This document shows, one piece after another, positions 13,487 to 27,460 of a stretch of 64,000 nucleotides of DNA. Positions within the stretch are counted from its first letter, which is position 1; each line of letters starts with the position of its first letter. The position numbers and the translations under genes are program-made. Origin of the DNA: Octopus bimaculoides (Eukaryota); the NCBI RefSeq assembly GCF_001194135.2, contig NC_068984.1, forward strand, positions 73,180,238 to 73,244,237, read 5' to 3'. The notes below the pieces were generated by a model. The model was not told where the DNA came from. It worked only from the letters and a program-made list of their open reading frames with translations, and searched no databases.

Positions 13487-14112
13487 CAATAGTATGTGTT
13501 CTAACACTATTCCACAAATATACAAACAGCCATATCAACAATCCAACATATATGCCCCACGGATATCATTATGGTTTCGACACCTGGGCTGTACCATGCA
13601 ATCCGGCGGTGTCAGCAGCACTAAAAGAAGTGCTGTTTGAGACCAAACATACCAAGGAAACAAAACACACAATTTTCAAGCACATTTACTACATGTACAA
13701 CAGCATTCAATCAAATATAGGCAGGATTAAACTCTAACTTAATAATTAAACTACAAGTAACACATAAATCTATGTACATTTGTATCGGTGTTACTAGTAA
13801 AACTACAATAACTAAATTATATACTAAATAGCGACCAACCTTTTAGTACATACAAATAATAATCCCACCAGTCTTCTATAGTTACTATATGTAACGAAGA
13901 AAATGAACACTTTTTTTTCAATTCTCTCCAAAACAACAACATGATTGAATGTAATGAATAACATATTAACTGAGTGAAATACGTTACTTCATAATTCAAA
14001 AGCACTTCATACTCTTTATATGTATTACCCTTACAAGCTATAACGTAAACTTACCAGTAACTATATACATATATATATAGACAAAGACTTACAGACAGAT
14101 AGACACATAGAT

Positions 14113-15146
14113 ACATTTCTTTTATTATCCACACGAGGCTCAACAGAGATGGGACAAATACAATGTAGAGCTTTTGTTTTTGGGAGGGAGAAGGGAGAGA
14201 AAAAAAAGTAAGTAGTGGGGTGTCGATCAAAAGGGATCGGAAAAAAATAAAAGCCCATCAATAGGGATCGTGTATCACAGTAATGTTCTCGTGTAAAATG
14301 GGGAGGACAGTTTAGGTTTAGCCGTGGAAAGAAAAGCCTACGGAAAAGACCACTGTAACCTTGGTCAATATTGTCATAACAGTAAGAGACTCTCTTTTGC
14401 CTTTTTGTTTCTTTTCTGGATTTTCTTTTACTCCTTTATAGTGTTATGCTCAAGCTGGCTCCGTCATTCACACGTGCCGTCCTTGCTACATTCACCCATC
14501 TTTTTTTGAAGCATTCACTAGACAAGACTTCCCTTTCTACTCTCACCTTCCGCTTCAGGTGATACTTGAAGAAGTTGATGNNNNNNNNNNNNNNNNNNNN
14601 NNNNNNNNNNNNNNNNNNNNNNNNNNNNNNNNNNNNNNNNNNNNNNNNNNNNNNNNNNNNNNNNNNNNNNNNNNNNNNNNNNNNNNNNNNNNNNNNNNNN
14701 NNNNNNNNNNNNNNNNNNNNNNNNNNNNNNNNNNNNNNNNNNNNNNNNNNNNNNNNNNNNNNNNNNNNNNNNNNNNNNNNNNNNNNNNNNNNNNNNNNNN
14801 NNNNNNNNNNNNNNNNNNNNNNNNNNNNNNNNNNNNNNNNNNNNNNNNNNNNNNNNNNNNNNNNNNNNNNNNNNNNNNNNNNNNNNNNNNNNNNNNNNNN
14901 NNNNNNNNNNNNNNNNNNNNNNNNNNNNNNNNNNNNNNNNNNNNNNNNNNNNNNNNNNNNNNNNNNNNNNNNNNNNNNNNNNNNNNNNNNNNNNNNNNNN
15001 NNNNNNNNNNNNNNNNNNNNNNNNNGCGGGTCAGGTATTCCTTGTCGACGCCCAGGTTCGCCCCGAGATCGTCGTCGTACCTTCCCTCCACTAGTCCACT
15101 ATAGAATGCGTTAGTTGTGATGCAGTCGCTCAAGGTTGACCCGGGG
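14113..15146 (-). mobile_element. L1/Tx1-type LINE 3' fragment (ORF2 C-terminus and 3' UTR), spanning a gap
   Basis: Minus-strand [42 protein letters not shown] before the gap and INFFKYHLKRKVRVEREVLSSECFKKRWVNVARTARVNDGASLSITL* after it, then a UTR ending in aataaaag. Homologous to 54060-54350. Confidence 0.75.
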
Positions 15147-15151
15147 TGTTG

Positions 15152-15221
<70 letters not shown>

Positions 15222-15291
15222 CCAATCAGACAGACAGACAGACAGACAGACAGATGGACGGACGGACGGATGGACAAACAGACAGACAGAC

Positions 15292-15336
<45 letters not shown>

Positions 15337-16929
15337 TGAATATATAGAATTTGATTGATATTGTAGTCAGTGATTCCATATTCCAGATACCCAATCGTGA
15401 TCTGAATTTCAGGCAGGACGGCAATTTTGTCAGAAAGTCGATGGTTGGAAACTGCAGGAACATGTGCTGGTCATTGCCTTGCCGTCTTTGCAGATATCAC
15501 AGCATCATCAAAATCACGTCATGTAATGAAACTTATAACGCGAAGAATGTTGGCAGTAGATCTACGTTCTGGCCAACTAAACATGATCGTTGCACAAGAC
15601 TCAAAGACCATGCAGTGAGGTTTTTCTGTAGTCCTAAATTACGAAGTTGTAGTTATTTTCTGACTGTGATTGGGTGACTATGTATAGCATTCAAGTATAG
15701 GTATTTCAGTGTCTCAATAGGTATACTGTTGTTTTAGTGGCAATCATAGTTGTAACTTTATCTCAGTTCCTATCAATATAGATAGATGTACTTATCAAAT
15801 ATCAATAACTGGTCTGCTAGTCAACTGAGAGACGCTGGCAGGTGAGGATTTCATTGTTCGGGAACAAAGCTCACCTAGTTGGTGAGGTTTCCTTGTACTT
15901 GCTCTCAATCAATATAATACCGAAAGCGTTATTGTAATTATATCAAGCACGAGTAACACACAGTTTAGCCTACTTTGAGCAAAATCTCCCTAAAGCAACT
16001 TCTTTATGCAATAGGGGATCAAAAGAAATTTGTACATTTGCTTTGAGTGTAGGGAACGAAGCGCTTCCTTATCTCATACTCTGCGTAGATCTCCATGTAA
16101 ATTAGCAAGTAGCATCAATAGATATACGGTAAGAAGCTTCGACGCTTACACATTGCTTCTTTGCTTTATACAATTTTTTTCCTGATAATTGTTCTTGGGG
16201 TCTTCACAGGTTTTCTTTTTTCAAGCGTATGTAGCTTGAATACTAGTAGTTTTTTTTTACTCGAAAAGAAAAATCATATTAGATAATTAAGTGAAAGTGG
16301 ATTTCTGTTCCTTTTATCGTAAAGTAGAATTTCGTGACATCCCATTCAGTATCCGACCATCACTGAGATAAGACCACGACGCTTTTGGTAGCCAATCAGT
16401 ATGACACAATCACACAATCACACCTATTTCGATATTTAATCAATATTATGACAGAACGAAGTCTTTTACGACTGTCAAACATTGAGACAACGTCATTTCT
16501 CGTGACTGACCAAACATTAAGGATACCTGTAGTTCTACTTCCATTCATCATTTATCATGCTCCTTTGAATTAAGAAAGACTTGACATCGTCTAAACAGAG
16601 AAAGAAAGATACAGTTTTCATTAAATAGTTACAAGACTAGAAGATGATGCAAAAATATCCAAGGACAATTTAACGCTTTAAGGAATTGCAGTGAGGATAA
16701 GAAGAAAAGCCAGAAACAAATGTGCAGTATAGGTGAGGTAATACAAGATAAGTTTTAACAGGTTGTCAGATAATATCAAAAGTAATATTACAAACGGTAA
16801 CAGCTAGTGGGTTGAGTTTAAGCGATACAGTTATAACACACAGTATATTTGACAGAATATATAAAACACTAATATAAAATTAAATTAAATTAAATAATAT
16901 TCTCAGAAAAAAAAAATTCCGGCAAGTGT

Positions 16930-17640
16930 ATGTAAGGATACACAGAAGAAGATTGGTTCAAAGTCATATAGTTTTGTGAGACTAATATTTAAAGCTTGGG
17001 AAATAATACTTCCTATTATAGACACAAGGCCTGAAATTTGGGGGAAGGGGCCAGTCGATTAGATCGACCTCAGTACACAACTGTTACTTAATTCATCGAC
17101 CCCGAAAGGATGAACGCCAAAGTCAACCTCGGCGGAATTTGAACTCAGAACGTAGCGACGGGAAGGTTTGGGAAATAATGGATTAGTATAGGTTAGGGGA
17201 AAAACATGGAGATTCCGTTGCTGAATGTATTACAGCAACAATGATGCATTTGTCAGTGGGTGTGATATTATAATGTATGTGTGGTAAAGATTTTGGCCGC
17301 ATGACAATAATAAATGGAACTCTAAATCCTAAGAATTATCCAAAAGTATTTTGTAACAAAATTATCCCTTCAATCAGCGCTAATGTTTCAACAAGACGAT
17401 GCTACATGCCACAGAGCAAAATTCAACATGATATAGTAGAAAGATCATAAAATAAATTCATAGATGCGAATCAAAATTTGTATTGGTTTCCAAGCCAAAT
17501 AATAGAGCACAATAAAGTGAAGTATTCATCAATGCCTGGAATAGAATAACGAATACCGAGAAGTTGAAGAACTTATCACTTCCATGCCATGAAAAATTAT
17601 TGCAGTGACCAAAGCAAAATCTAACCTATTAAATACTATT
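16930..17640 (+). mobile_element. Degenerate Tc1-type transposase fragment interrupted by a SINE
   Basis: EDWFKVI.F.ET (cf. WxxVIFSDE), ECITATM.H...V...CMCGKDFGRMTIINGTLN and FQQDDATCHRAK (cf. FQQDNAPCH): the Tc1 DDE catalytic region. Confidence 0.75.
17008..17167 (-). mobile_element. 5'-truncated tRNA-derived SINE with 12-bp target-site duplication
   Basis: Core gttctgagttcaaattccgccgaggttgactttggcgttcatcctttcggggtcgatgaa. TSD ttgggaaataat at 16996-17007 and 17168-17179. Confidence 0.88.
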
Positions 17641-17721
17641 ATAAATAGCATTACATTATATTCAATAACATGATTTGTTTATATATGGTGTCCAATATAC
17701 CCGAAAATTAGGCTTATATAT

Positions 17722-17780
<59 letters not shown>

Positions 17781-18175
17781 GACGATGGTGGGGGTTGGAG
17801 AGTTGGTTCTGAAACTCTTTAACTAGAAAGTCGTGATCAATTTTGAACCAACTGTGTAACTTTTTGCTGTTTCTATGCACACTCTGTGATGTGTGTAACT
17901 ACGGAGACCATTACAAGGAAGCGTTTACTGAAATGCACAGTTCCCTTCACAGTTAAAACTTTCGATATATAAATATGCATATGGATTTCTAAATACTGGT
18001 GATGAGCCTAGTACATTATCTTGCATTATACATTTGCACATCTACCTTTATACATGAATATAAGCATAAATGCACGCAAATATACACGAGAATAAGATAT
18101 CGATAGATATGCGTACGTACATTGCATACAGATATCATTACTCACGTACGTATTTGTGTCTATGCGTGTGCGTGC

Positions 18176-18207
<32 letters not shown>

Positions 18208-18574
18208 NNNNNNNNNNTAGAGGTAATTGTGGGTGGTCTACCTCTTAGACGTCTACTAGGGCAGAAATCTCTAAGGTCGTATCTATCTAGATATGCATCG
18301 TCATATGTCAATCTAAGTTCAGTAATCTATGGTTAGGGTGTTTAGTAGGGTAGTCTATCGTAACTCTAATACTCTGGTGGATGGAGTTAGCTATTCGCTG
18401 GATGCTCTCCATAGTCTTAGTTTCTATTTCTATTTCAGNNNNNNNNNNCTATTCGCTGGATGCTCTCCATAGTCTTAGTTTCTATTTCTATTTCAGGGGT
18501 ACTCTGAAATAGAATCGTTTGTCAAGTGATGGTGGAGGACAAATACAGACACACATACACAAATATATGCATAT

Positions 18575-18828
<254 letters not shown>

Positions 18829-18829
18829 T

Positions 18830-20088
18830 ACAAATCCATTCTTTACTGGACTTTAAATTAACTAATCAAAATAGACAGGAGAACAAGAAAAATAATGACT
18901 GTATTTAGGATGCACCACCCACAATCTGAAATAGAAAGGTTATATATACAACGTATCGAAGATGGTAGAGGACTTATACAGCTACAAAACTATAACAATA
19001 TAACTACCATAGGACTAGAGAAATACCTATTTTAGAAACAAAGAAAACTAATACAAATAGCCGCAAAACACGAACAAAACGAAAAACTGTTTTCAGTCTT
19101 TAAGGAAATTGACAAATACAAATAAGTCATAGTACCTAAAAACTATGAAGAAAAAGAAGAAATAACAAAAACTGTAGAACAACTGAAATCCAAACTACAA
19201 CTGGAATAGCAACGGATCATGATAAAAACATGGCAAATACTGGGCTAAACTAAACAGATAAGAAATAGGCAAAATGAAATCCCAACAATGGCTGAGAAAC
19301 TTAGGACTTAAAACAGAGTCTAAAGGATTTTTAACTGCAGCACAAGATGAAAGCCTTCTCATCAGAAATTATCAAAAATGTAATAAAAAGAAATACAACT
19401 GCAGGATATGTGGAGATGGAGAAGAAACAATAAATCCTATTGTCTCTGGCTGCCCAGTCCTGGATAAGAAGGAATATATTCACAGAAACGACAGAGTTGG
19501 GACTTGTATACCCTGGAAGCTAAGCCAACACTATGGAATAACAACAGAAAACAGATTGTATAGGCACACGCAAGAAAAGGTCACTGAAAATGAAAAAGCA
19601 ACAATATTCTGGAATATGACAATACACACAGATAGAGAAATTAAGGTCAATAGACCGGATATAGTTGTCAGGGATCACCAACGGAAAAAACTGCATTCTA
19701 ATCCACGTATCAATACCAACAGGTGACAATATTTCTCTAAAACCAACGGAGAAACTCTCAAAACACAAGGATCTGGAAATAGAGAAACAACAGAAACAAT
19801 TCCTATCATAGCGGGCGCATTAGGTATGATAAAAAATATTCAGACAAATATATAGCAAAAACACGTATATATAACATACATACATATATAACTAACACGT
19901 ATATATAAAATACAGAAAATAACACTACTAGGCACCACACACATACTACGTAAAACACTCTCAATAAAGTAAAAAGAAGATCATAACAACAAACCACAGC
20001 ACATACCCAAGGCACACAGACCTGGGCTTGGTAGCGCAGTGAAACCACGTGGTAAAAATAAGACTACTGAATAATAATAATAATAATA
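18830..20088 (+). mobile_element. REL-type LINE (R4/Dong-like), 5'-truncated, with 3' UTR and (TAA)n tail
   Basis: RRTRKIMTVFRMHHPQSEIERLYIQRIEDGRGLIQL; LKTESKGFLTAAQDESL; CCHC finger CRICGDGEETINPIVSGC; REL motif RPDIVVRD; LLGTTHILRKTL; (TAA)n tail. Confidence 0.92.
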
Positions 20089-20644
20089 GTAATTAATATA
20101 TTCACTGCAAATATGCGCTTACGCGTAGATATATAACTCATTATCTGCTTGTTTCAGTCAGATTGCAGGCTGGAGTATTGGTCTTATAAAAATATAAGGA
20201 GATTGGCAAACTCATACATTATTCACACATATGTACATTCACACACATATATGTACGTGTGTGAGTGCACACGTAGAAAATTGATTTATAGATATAAGAG
20301 TGCGTTATGTTTTGTGAAAATGTTTCGTCGCATTTCGGCAACATGTTCAGTGAAAGCTTATGATCTTAACTAACTGTTCAATGTCGGAGTAAAAATAAAA
20401 GGTAAGGTGAAATTCGATATGCTTCTGTGTCTAAATAGTTAAAATGACTCTTTCACAATGAAATCCTCCACATTTTAACATATGGTTTCAACTTCGAACA
20501 TATACGAAACAAGAATGACTCTTGAATATCCGTCTATCCATCCATCCATCCATCCATGCATGCATAAAACAAACACACACGCACACATACGGATGTAAAT
20601 GAGATACCGATGGTAGATGTCTATATGTGCATATACGTATTTAC

Positions 20645-20688
<44 letters not shown>

Positions 20689-21229
20689 NNNNNNNNNNNN
20701 NNNNNNNNNNNNNNNNNNNNNNNNNNNNNNNNNNNNNNNNNNNNNNNNNNNNNNNNNNNNNNNNNNNNNNNNNNNNNNNNNNNNNNNNNNNNNNNNNNNN
20801 NNNNNNNNNNNNNNNNNNNNNNNNNNNNNNNNNNNNNNNNNNNNNNNNNNNNNNNNNNNNNNNNNNNNNNNNNNNNNNNNNNNNNNNNNNNNNNNNNNNN
20901 NNNNNNNNNNNNNNNNNNNNNNNNNNNNNNNNNNNNNNNNNNNNNNNNNNNNNNNNNNNNNNNNNNNNNNNNNNNNNNNNNNNNNNNNNNNNNNNNNNNN
21001 NNNNNNNNNNNNNNNNNNNNNNNNNNNNNNNNNNNNNNNNNNNNNNNNNNNNNNNNNNNNNNNNNNNNNNNNNNCCTTCGCACACGCGCACACATGCACA
21101 CACGCACAAAATATCTATGCATTTGAATTAATGTAGACTATTCTTTGACTATCTATAAAGGCTATCACCAACTCAACGAATATTCATTAAATTAAGTGGA
21201 AAACCTACCACACCTCCACTTTATGAAAC

Positions 21230-21510
21230 TGCCACCTTTCAGGTATCTTCAAAATATACATACATACCACACCAGGGAAATATTTATTCTGCAAGCAAAC
21301 CGAGCAAAGTATGAAAATTTCATAGAAAATCAATGGCACTGATTTTACATCTTAACCAATTATTTTGCTACACTATTCGACATAACCTGAAGCAATAATG
21401 TAGATTCAAAGCAGAAAATGTGTTGCTTGTATCTGAATATATGAAACAGTTTAAAATTTTTGATGCCGTTTATTGAATGACTTAAATCATAATTTATGTT
21501 TTATGTCTGC
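21230..21510 (+). repeat. Unclassified dispersed repeat, copy 2 (paired with 5660-5930)
   Basis: Collinear similarity to 5660-5930. Confidence 0.7.
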
Positions 21511-21899
21511 TATGTATGTAATTTATGAACCATATACTGTGAAATTCTAGTGATATAACTTATACCACTGCATCTTTGGTGAATATAATAAATACATTTA
21601 TACAGGATGATTTAATATAGAGATATATATTTGAAAAATTATATATTATATATCGTTGTGTGATTGCTTCGCAACCATTTGGTGTTCAATTCCATTGAGT
21701 GTATTCTATTATAGCACCGAGCTGACTAATGTTACATACGGAAATTTGATAAAAAGAAACAGTCCGGAATCTTGTTAAATGTGTGTGAGTGTGTGTGTGT
21801 GTGTATGTGTGTGTGTGTGTGCGTGTGTGTGTGTGTGGGGGGGTTCTGTTACAATAAACTATACTGCGATAGTTCACAATTGATTTGCATATCACGGTG

Positions 21900-22330
21900 C
21901 ACTGCAGTGCATTATGCATCGTTTCACTGGGAGTGGTAATCACTGTTTCGCTCCCTTCCCTTTTCATCATACCTTTGTATTTTTCGAGTTCATCGCTTCC
22001 ACAACTTATTGTCTTTTTTTAAACGCCCGCCGCTGCTGCAAACTTACTCGCTTTTCTTCCTTGAATAAACTCTTCTCCTGTCGGCATGCTATTTAAAACT
22101 GTGCTGCCTCCTCCGCTTCTGATATCTCTCCATTCACTTCTGCCAGGTTCACTACTGGTCATGGCTTTAATAGGTGATTTGTCCTTTGGCGGGGGATACC
22201 ATATTTTCCCCCTTCACACTTGGAGAAACGTTAACAAAGGACTGCCACAAGCAGAAAAATATGTGTTTAAAAAACACTCAACAAAATTTCAACAACGTAA
22301 TTATTCAACAGTGCAAATTTAACAAATTAA
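21900..22330 (-). mobile_element. Probable 5' fragment of a second Tx1/L1-like element
   Basis: Relatively GC-rich segment whose style resembles the 5' UTR/ORF1 start of the adjacent element. No diagnostic motif. Confidence 0.3.
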
Positions 22331-22415
22331 TCACAAATATTATAACTTAAGCCAAACTTTTCGAACAACACCACAAACAAGTCACGAACAAGTCGAGAGA
22401 GATGAATGTAACATG

Positions 22416-24080
22416 TTTTTTTTTTTATTGGCCACTAAGGGCGTTACATAAAAGGGACTACACAAGAACAGACAAAACAATACAAAGTGGGGACATAAAA
22501 CACAAAACGAATGGATGGGTATGAACTTATATAATAATGGGAGGGAAACGGCCACCCGAGCCCCACTCGCGAGTGGTTAAATTTAACTGTACTTCATATA
22601 AAGATTTTTATCATATTTTATCGTATAAAATTTTACTTACTCCGTACTACCAGTTCACGGTGGCATTAAGTCCTCATAATCCACGACCGGAAGTAGGTCA
22701 TCGTACTCCACCTCCAATTCCAATGGGTAAATGTGTGAACCAAACATTTCCTTTAATTTAGCATATCTTTCTTTGTCTGTTAATATGCATTTGGTATTTT
22801 CAGAATGTTCTTCTGCCTGCAATTTCACTCTGATCACCGATTTGAATTTGCTGATCTTACGTTCAATTGCCGTGCTTTTGGAGTTTGTCATGATGTATGC
22901 TTTGTTTTTGCGGGGGTTTGGGGGGATTGTGTGTTGTGCCTGTCTGTAATTGTACCTGTTTTATTACGTGGTGAGCTAGGGCTATCTCGGACGGTTTCTT
23001 TTCTTTTCTTGTTTTTTGTGCTACTTGTGGTGATATATGCTGTATGAGTGTATCTAGTAAGTTATACTTTTGTTGTACAGTGTCTTCAGTTTAATTATTT
23101 TCCCTCATTTTCTTGGTGCTTTTCGGGGATGAATTTGTTGTCACATTTCTTTTTATTTTGGGAACTTCGATAAATTCCTCCTCCTCTGTGTCATCCATAC
23201 TCTCTTTCTGGGCTGGGGCTGTCGTCTCAGTACTGCTACTTGGTTCATTCTGGTTTTCCGTTGTTTCATTACTTATTTAGGGGCACTTCATTTTAATGTG
23301 CCTCTTCTCTCCACAATGGTAGCAGTTGAGTGGTCTTCCCTCCACCACCACTCTAAACTTTCTATCTTCTGGTAACAGCACTCCTTCCATTATTTCATTT
23401 AAGTATTGCTGGGTGACCTGGATAACCATTTCCAGGTCGTAACCCCTTCGATTCAATTTCTTTGTTCCTGCTACTTGTATGATCTTCGCATCTACTTGGG
23501 TCCCATACATCACAGCTGCTACCAGCCATGCTTCTTCTATTTCGAGTGACACTTTATCTATCCTAATTCTAGCGACTCTTTTGCCGCAGTAGGTCACAAG
23601 TGGCACAGTGGAGTGATTTATTGCCTCTTCTTCAGTGGCAATACTCACTTCCAATGTGCCATATCTTCCTCCAGTGAAAAAAGCCGCGATGTCTTTTATG
23701 TTCTCCAAACATTTGTCGATGGCCTCCTCTGATGCCATCTCGATCTTCTTGCTGGTTAAGGACAGCATACTGTAGAATACTGTTTCCTTCTTGTATTGTT
23801 GGTCACTTCCTCTGGAGGGGGTCAACCTTAAACTTGACCCCTCCTTCTGGAACAGTTCTTTGTAGTTCTCTATCTTCTTATGATCAATTTGGGCTTCTCG
23901 CCCCTCCAGCGAATTCGCCGTGGTGGTACGGCTTATCGCCGCCAAAGCATAGCTCCCGGCATGGGCTTGTTCCGGTGGACAATTCATCCTTTTTTTTTTC
24001 ACGTCTCTTTACCATTAAATGGGGAAAAGAAAAACAAACAAAAACAAAGGCCCGCAGGCGAAATAGCAACAATATTCAGT
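22416..24080 (-). mobile_element. ORF1-only, poly(A)-tailed non-LTR retroelement (HAL1-like, Tx1/L1 ORF1)
   Basis: Disabled ORF1 from about 24000 to 22655, then about 230 bp of UTR, aataaa and A11 (T-run 22416-22426). There is no room for ORF2. Confidence 0.7.
23277..24002 (-). pseudogene. Retroelement ORF1 (gag-like): RRM-like region and CCHC zinc knuckle
   Basis: 241-aa ORF with RIRIDKVSLEIEEAWLVAAV and FRVVVEGRPLNCYHCGEKRHIKMKCP (CX2CX4HX4C), typical of L1/Tx1 ORF1. It continues past an in-frame stop into an acidic linker and the 22655-22891 ORF. Confidence 0.8.
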
Positions 24081-24320
24081 AAGAGTAACAGTATTCAACA
24101 GAATTCAACGATAATGATAAAGCCTTCAAACAAAATCACGACTGACTCAGTTAGAGACGATTGGAACAACGGTGAAAAAAATATCAGTGTTAATTTATCG
24201 ATGCATTTGGACCAGTCTATGACTGTATTATCAGATAATTGCAAAAACAAATGTTTAAAATTATTCAAAACTGCAAAATTCTTCATGTTTCAAAACGTTG
24301 CTTTCTTTTTACTCAACTTG

Positions 24321-24365
<45 letters not shown>

Positions 24366-24912
24366 NNNNNNNNNNNNNNNNNNNNNNNNNNNNNNNNNNN
24401 NNNNNNNNNNNNNNNNNNNNNNNNNNNNNNNNNNNNNNNNNNNNNNNNNNNNNNNNNNNNNNNNNNNNNNNNNNNNNNNNNNNNNNNNNNNNNNNNNNNN
24501 NNNNNNNNNNNNNNNNNNNNNNNNNNNNNNNNNNNNNNNNNNNNNNNNNNNNNNNNNNNNNNNNNNNNNNNNNNNNNNNNNNNNNNNNNNNNNNNNNNNN
24601 NNNNNNNNNNNNNNNNNNNNNNNNNNNNNNNNNNNNNNNNNNNNNNNNNNNNNNNNNNNNNNNNNNNNNNNNNNNNNNNNNNNNNNNNNNNNNNNNNNNN
24701 NNNNNNNNNNNNNNNNNNNNNNNNNNNNNNNNNNNNNNNNNNNNNNNNNNNNNNNNNNNNNNNNNNNNNNNNNNNNNNNNNNNNNNNNNNNNNNNNNNNN
24801 NNNNNNNNNNNNNNNNNNNNNNNNNNNNNNNNNNNNNNNNNNNNNNNNNNNNNNNNNNNNNNNNNNNNNNNNNNNNNNNNNNNNNNNNNNNNNNNNNNNA
24901 TATATATATATA

Positions 24913-25729
24913 CGAGGTCTGATCAATAAGCATCCGGACTGTCGCCATAGTAGCGAAGTTAAATCACACTGAGAGAAGCCGTTTCGCAAAGATTGACCTT
25001 GATCTCTGTTGTGCATGCGCACTAAATTTTACCGTTCTAGCTCACTTCCAATGTTTACAATAGTTCTTGGAAGGAAAGTTTATAATGTATGATCGTCGCA
25101 TTGACCATAACAGAGAAAGTCGTCATGGCAATACCTGCTCAGAGGCCTACATAAATTAACAGAATGTCTATGGAGAAGAGTGTACGAGTGGGTCAGACGT
25201 TTCCAAGATGGCCAAAAAATTGTTGATATTGACAAATGTTCTAGGTGACCCGCAACCAGAAGAACTGAGAATCACCATTCGTGAGTTAACAGAGGATGGG
25301 CAGATTAGTTACGGTTCAGTTCAATCCATTATCAGTGAAGATTTGGGTATGAAACATATGTCTGCCACGTTTGCGCCAAAACCTGCTTTCAGCTGACCAA
25401 AAACATACTCGGGGTTTCATTTGCACAAGATCTCTTTGATTGTGCCGAGAACGGTAAAATTTTTTTTGAAAACTTTGCGTAGGCCTCTGAGCAGGTATAG
25501 CCAAGATTTTGGCAAAATTAGATGCAAATTCTCTGCTCGACTTTCACTGACATGGCCATTGCGGTGATCATACGTTACGTACATTCCTTCCAAGCACTGC
25601 TGTAAACAGTGAAAGTGAGATAGAACGTTAAAACTTAGAGCACATGCACAGTAGAGTTTAAGGTCAATCTATGCTAAGCGGCTTTACTCTGCGTGCTTTA
25701 ACTTCGTTACTATAGCAACAGTCCAGATA
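24913..25729 (+). mobile_element. Non-autonomous mariner derivative with long TIRs
   Basis: TA-cgaggtctgatcaataag start; about 170-bp terminal inverted repeats; internal remnant of the mariner HTH region (YGEEC...QTFPRW; ISEDLGMKH..ATFAPK). The last ~20 bp of the right TIR are missing. Confidence 0.88.
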
Positions 25730-27212
25730 TGTATAGAAACATGCCTATTTTCCCACAACCTCTCCTGCAGGCAACCAAATGAAGCACTAACTTTGCTGAC
25801 TCTGTATGTGATTACCTGGTACAGTCATGCATTATCTGAGATATATATAGTTTTCCTTTGTTGAAAAAACTTCTAACTAAAAGTTACATCGCCATTGTGA
25901 AATAAGAAAATTAATATTATCTTTATAAATTCTTGAGTCTGATGCTATGAAACTGCATACCGATTGTACAATTTTATTTTTGCGAATATCAGACAAATGT
26001 CCTCTGTTTCGGTGAGTTTCGTACAATTACTTTGCTTCGTAGAAATATCGTTCACATCATTAAACCCTGACTCAATAAAATATGACGTGGGAGAAAGTAG
26101 CAGTGTATTATATGTAGTTTTCCAGATATTTTAATGAGGTAGGTATTTTTATTAACATTTTGAACAGTTTCTAATTGCCATGGCTACTGAAATTCGATCT
26201 GCTGTCGTTATCATATCTCAGTTCAGACACATATCCTTGACATTTTGCATCAGGATTAACAATATTGCAGCAAGAGTATTACCCATCAAGTTATGCAGTA
26301 TCATATTTAAAATATCAATAAATAGTTTTCCATATTCATTTTCATTGAGTTAATTACTGAACATTTTAATCTTCTCTGCAGGGTAAACAATTTTAATTGA
26401 TAACAATTCATTAAACTGATTAAATTTCCATTGTAAAAGATTAAGATAGAAAAAACGAAGATCTTCGATAAATAAGGAAACAAAATGTTTGCAGTTTATA
26501 ATTGTTAGATTGGCTCCTTGAAACTGCAAATTTCATTGAATTTCTTTAAAAATGCACCAAAAACTAAAGGAATCGTCTTTAATTTCTTGTTATCTGTTAG
26601 CAGAGATAAACCTCATTTTCATTTTGAAGTAACTGTACGGCACAATTACAAAATTCAATCGTGATCCCTTTCAGAAGCAGCAAACTACATACTTCATGTA
26701 AAACGTACAAATAAATTGCTCGTTTTTGTCTAGTTACAACTATGGAAAAATTCTATTCTTTCTGACATTTGATTTGAGTTAAGGCCCTAAATTTTGTGCA
26801 CACTGATGAAAACTTTTATCTTAATGTTTACCTGCATTAATACACAATGAATCCCAAGATCTTTAGTAATACCTCCGACTATTGCTGAAATGGCTCCAGT
26901 TTCTCCGTTCTGGCTACATTCATGCCACTTTCATTCGGGCATTTCCGATTGATTCGTTTCTTCTCCTCTCAACGTCGTTCATGTGTCTATAGGAAAATCC
27001 CCTTTCTCTGGAATTCCTTTCTGAGAACTAGCTAACAAATTGAGAAGCGACCGATCAAAATATCATTCACCTCACTTCGTCAGTATGCAAGGAATATCTT
27101 AATATCTCAATAATTTCACCACAGAGCTAAGCTACTCTAATATCTAAATTATATATCTAAATTCATACTATCAACTACATTTCAAAATATTCCTATTCTT
27201 ATAAATGAAATT

Positions 27213-27281
<69 letters not shown>

Positions 27282-27327
27282 GGGCAGAGAGATAGACAGA
27301 GGGAGAGAGATATGCTTTGGTGAAGAT

Positions 27328-27460
27328 TGGTGGCTCAGTAGTTAGTGTGTTTGATTCATGGTCACAAGTTCATGGACAACACGATGTTTGCGTCCTTGAG
27401 CAATGCCCGAATGCCCTATGTTCCAGTCTACAAAAATTATAATGAGTAGAACCTGAATGC
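27328..27460 (+). mobile_element. Degenerate CORE-type SINE
   Basis: A-box-like tggctcagtagttag and CORE-like gtccttgagcaa...ccagtc...aatgagta. Confidence 0.4.

Noticed and set aside
15351-15677. 108-aa and 63-aa ORFs
   Set aside because: No domain recognised. The minus strand faintly resembles a decayed RTE LINE, too weak to call.
15786-16128. Two phase-compatible exon candidates (MYLSNINNWSASQLRDAG + ERSASLSHTLRRSPCKLASSINRYT)
   Set aside because: No recognisable homology, weak acceptors, and the surroundings look like decayed TE sequence.
18389-18497. Direct repeat of ~50 bp (ctattcgctggatgctctccatag...)
   Set aside because: Same artefact: it flanks a 10-N gap.
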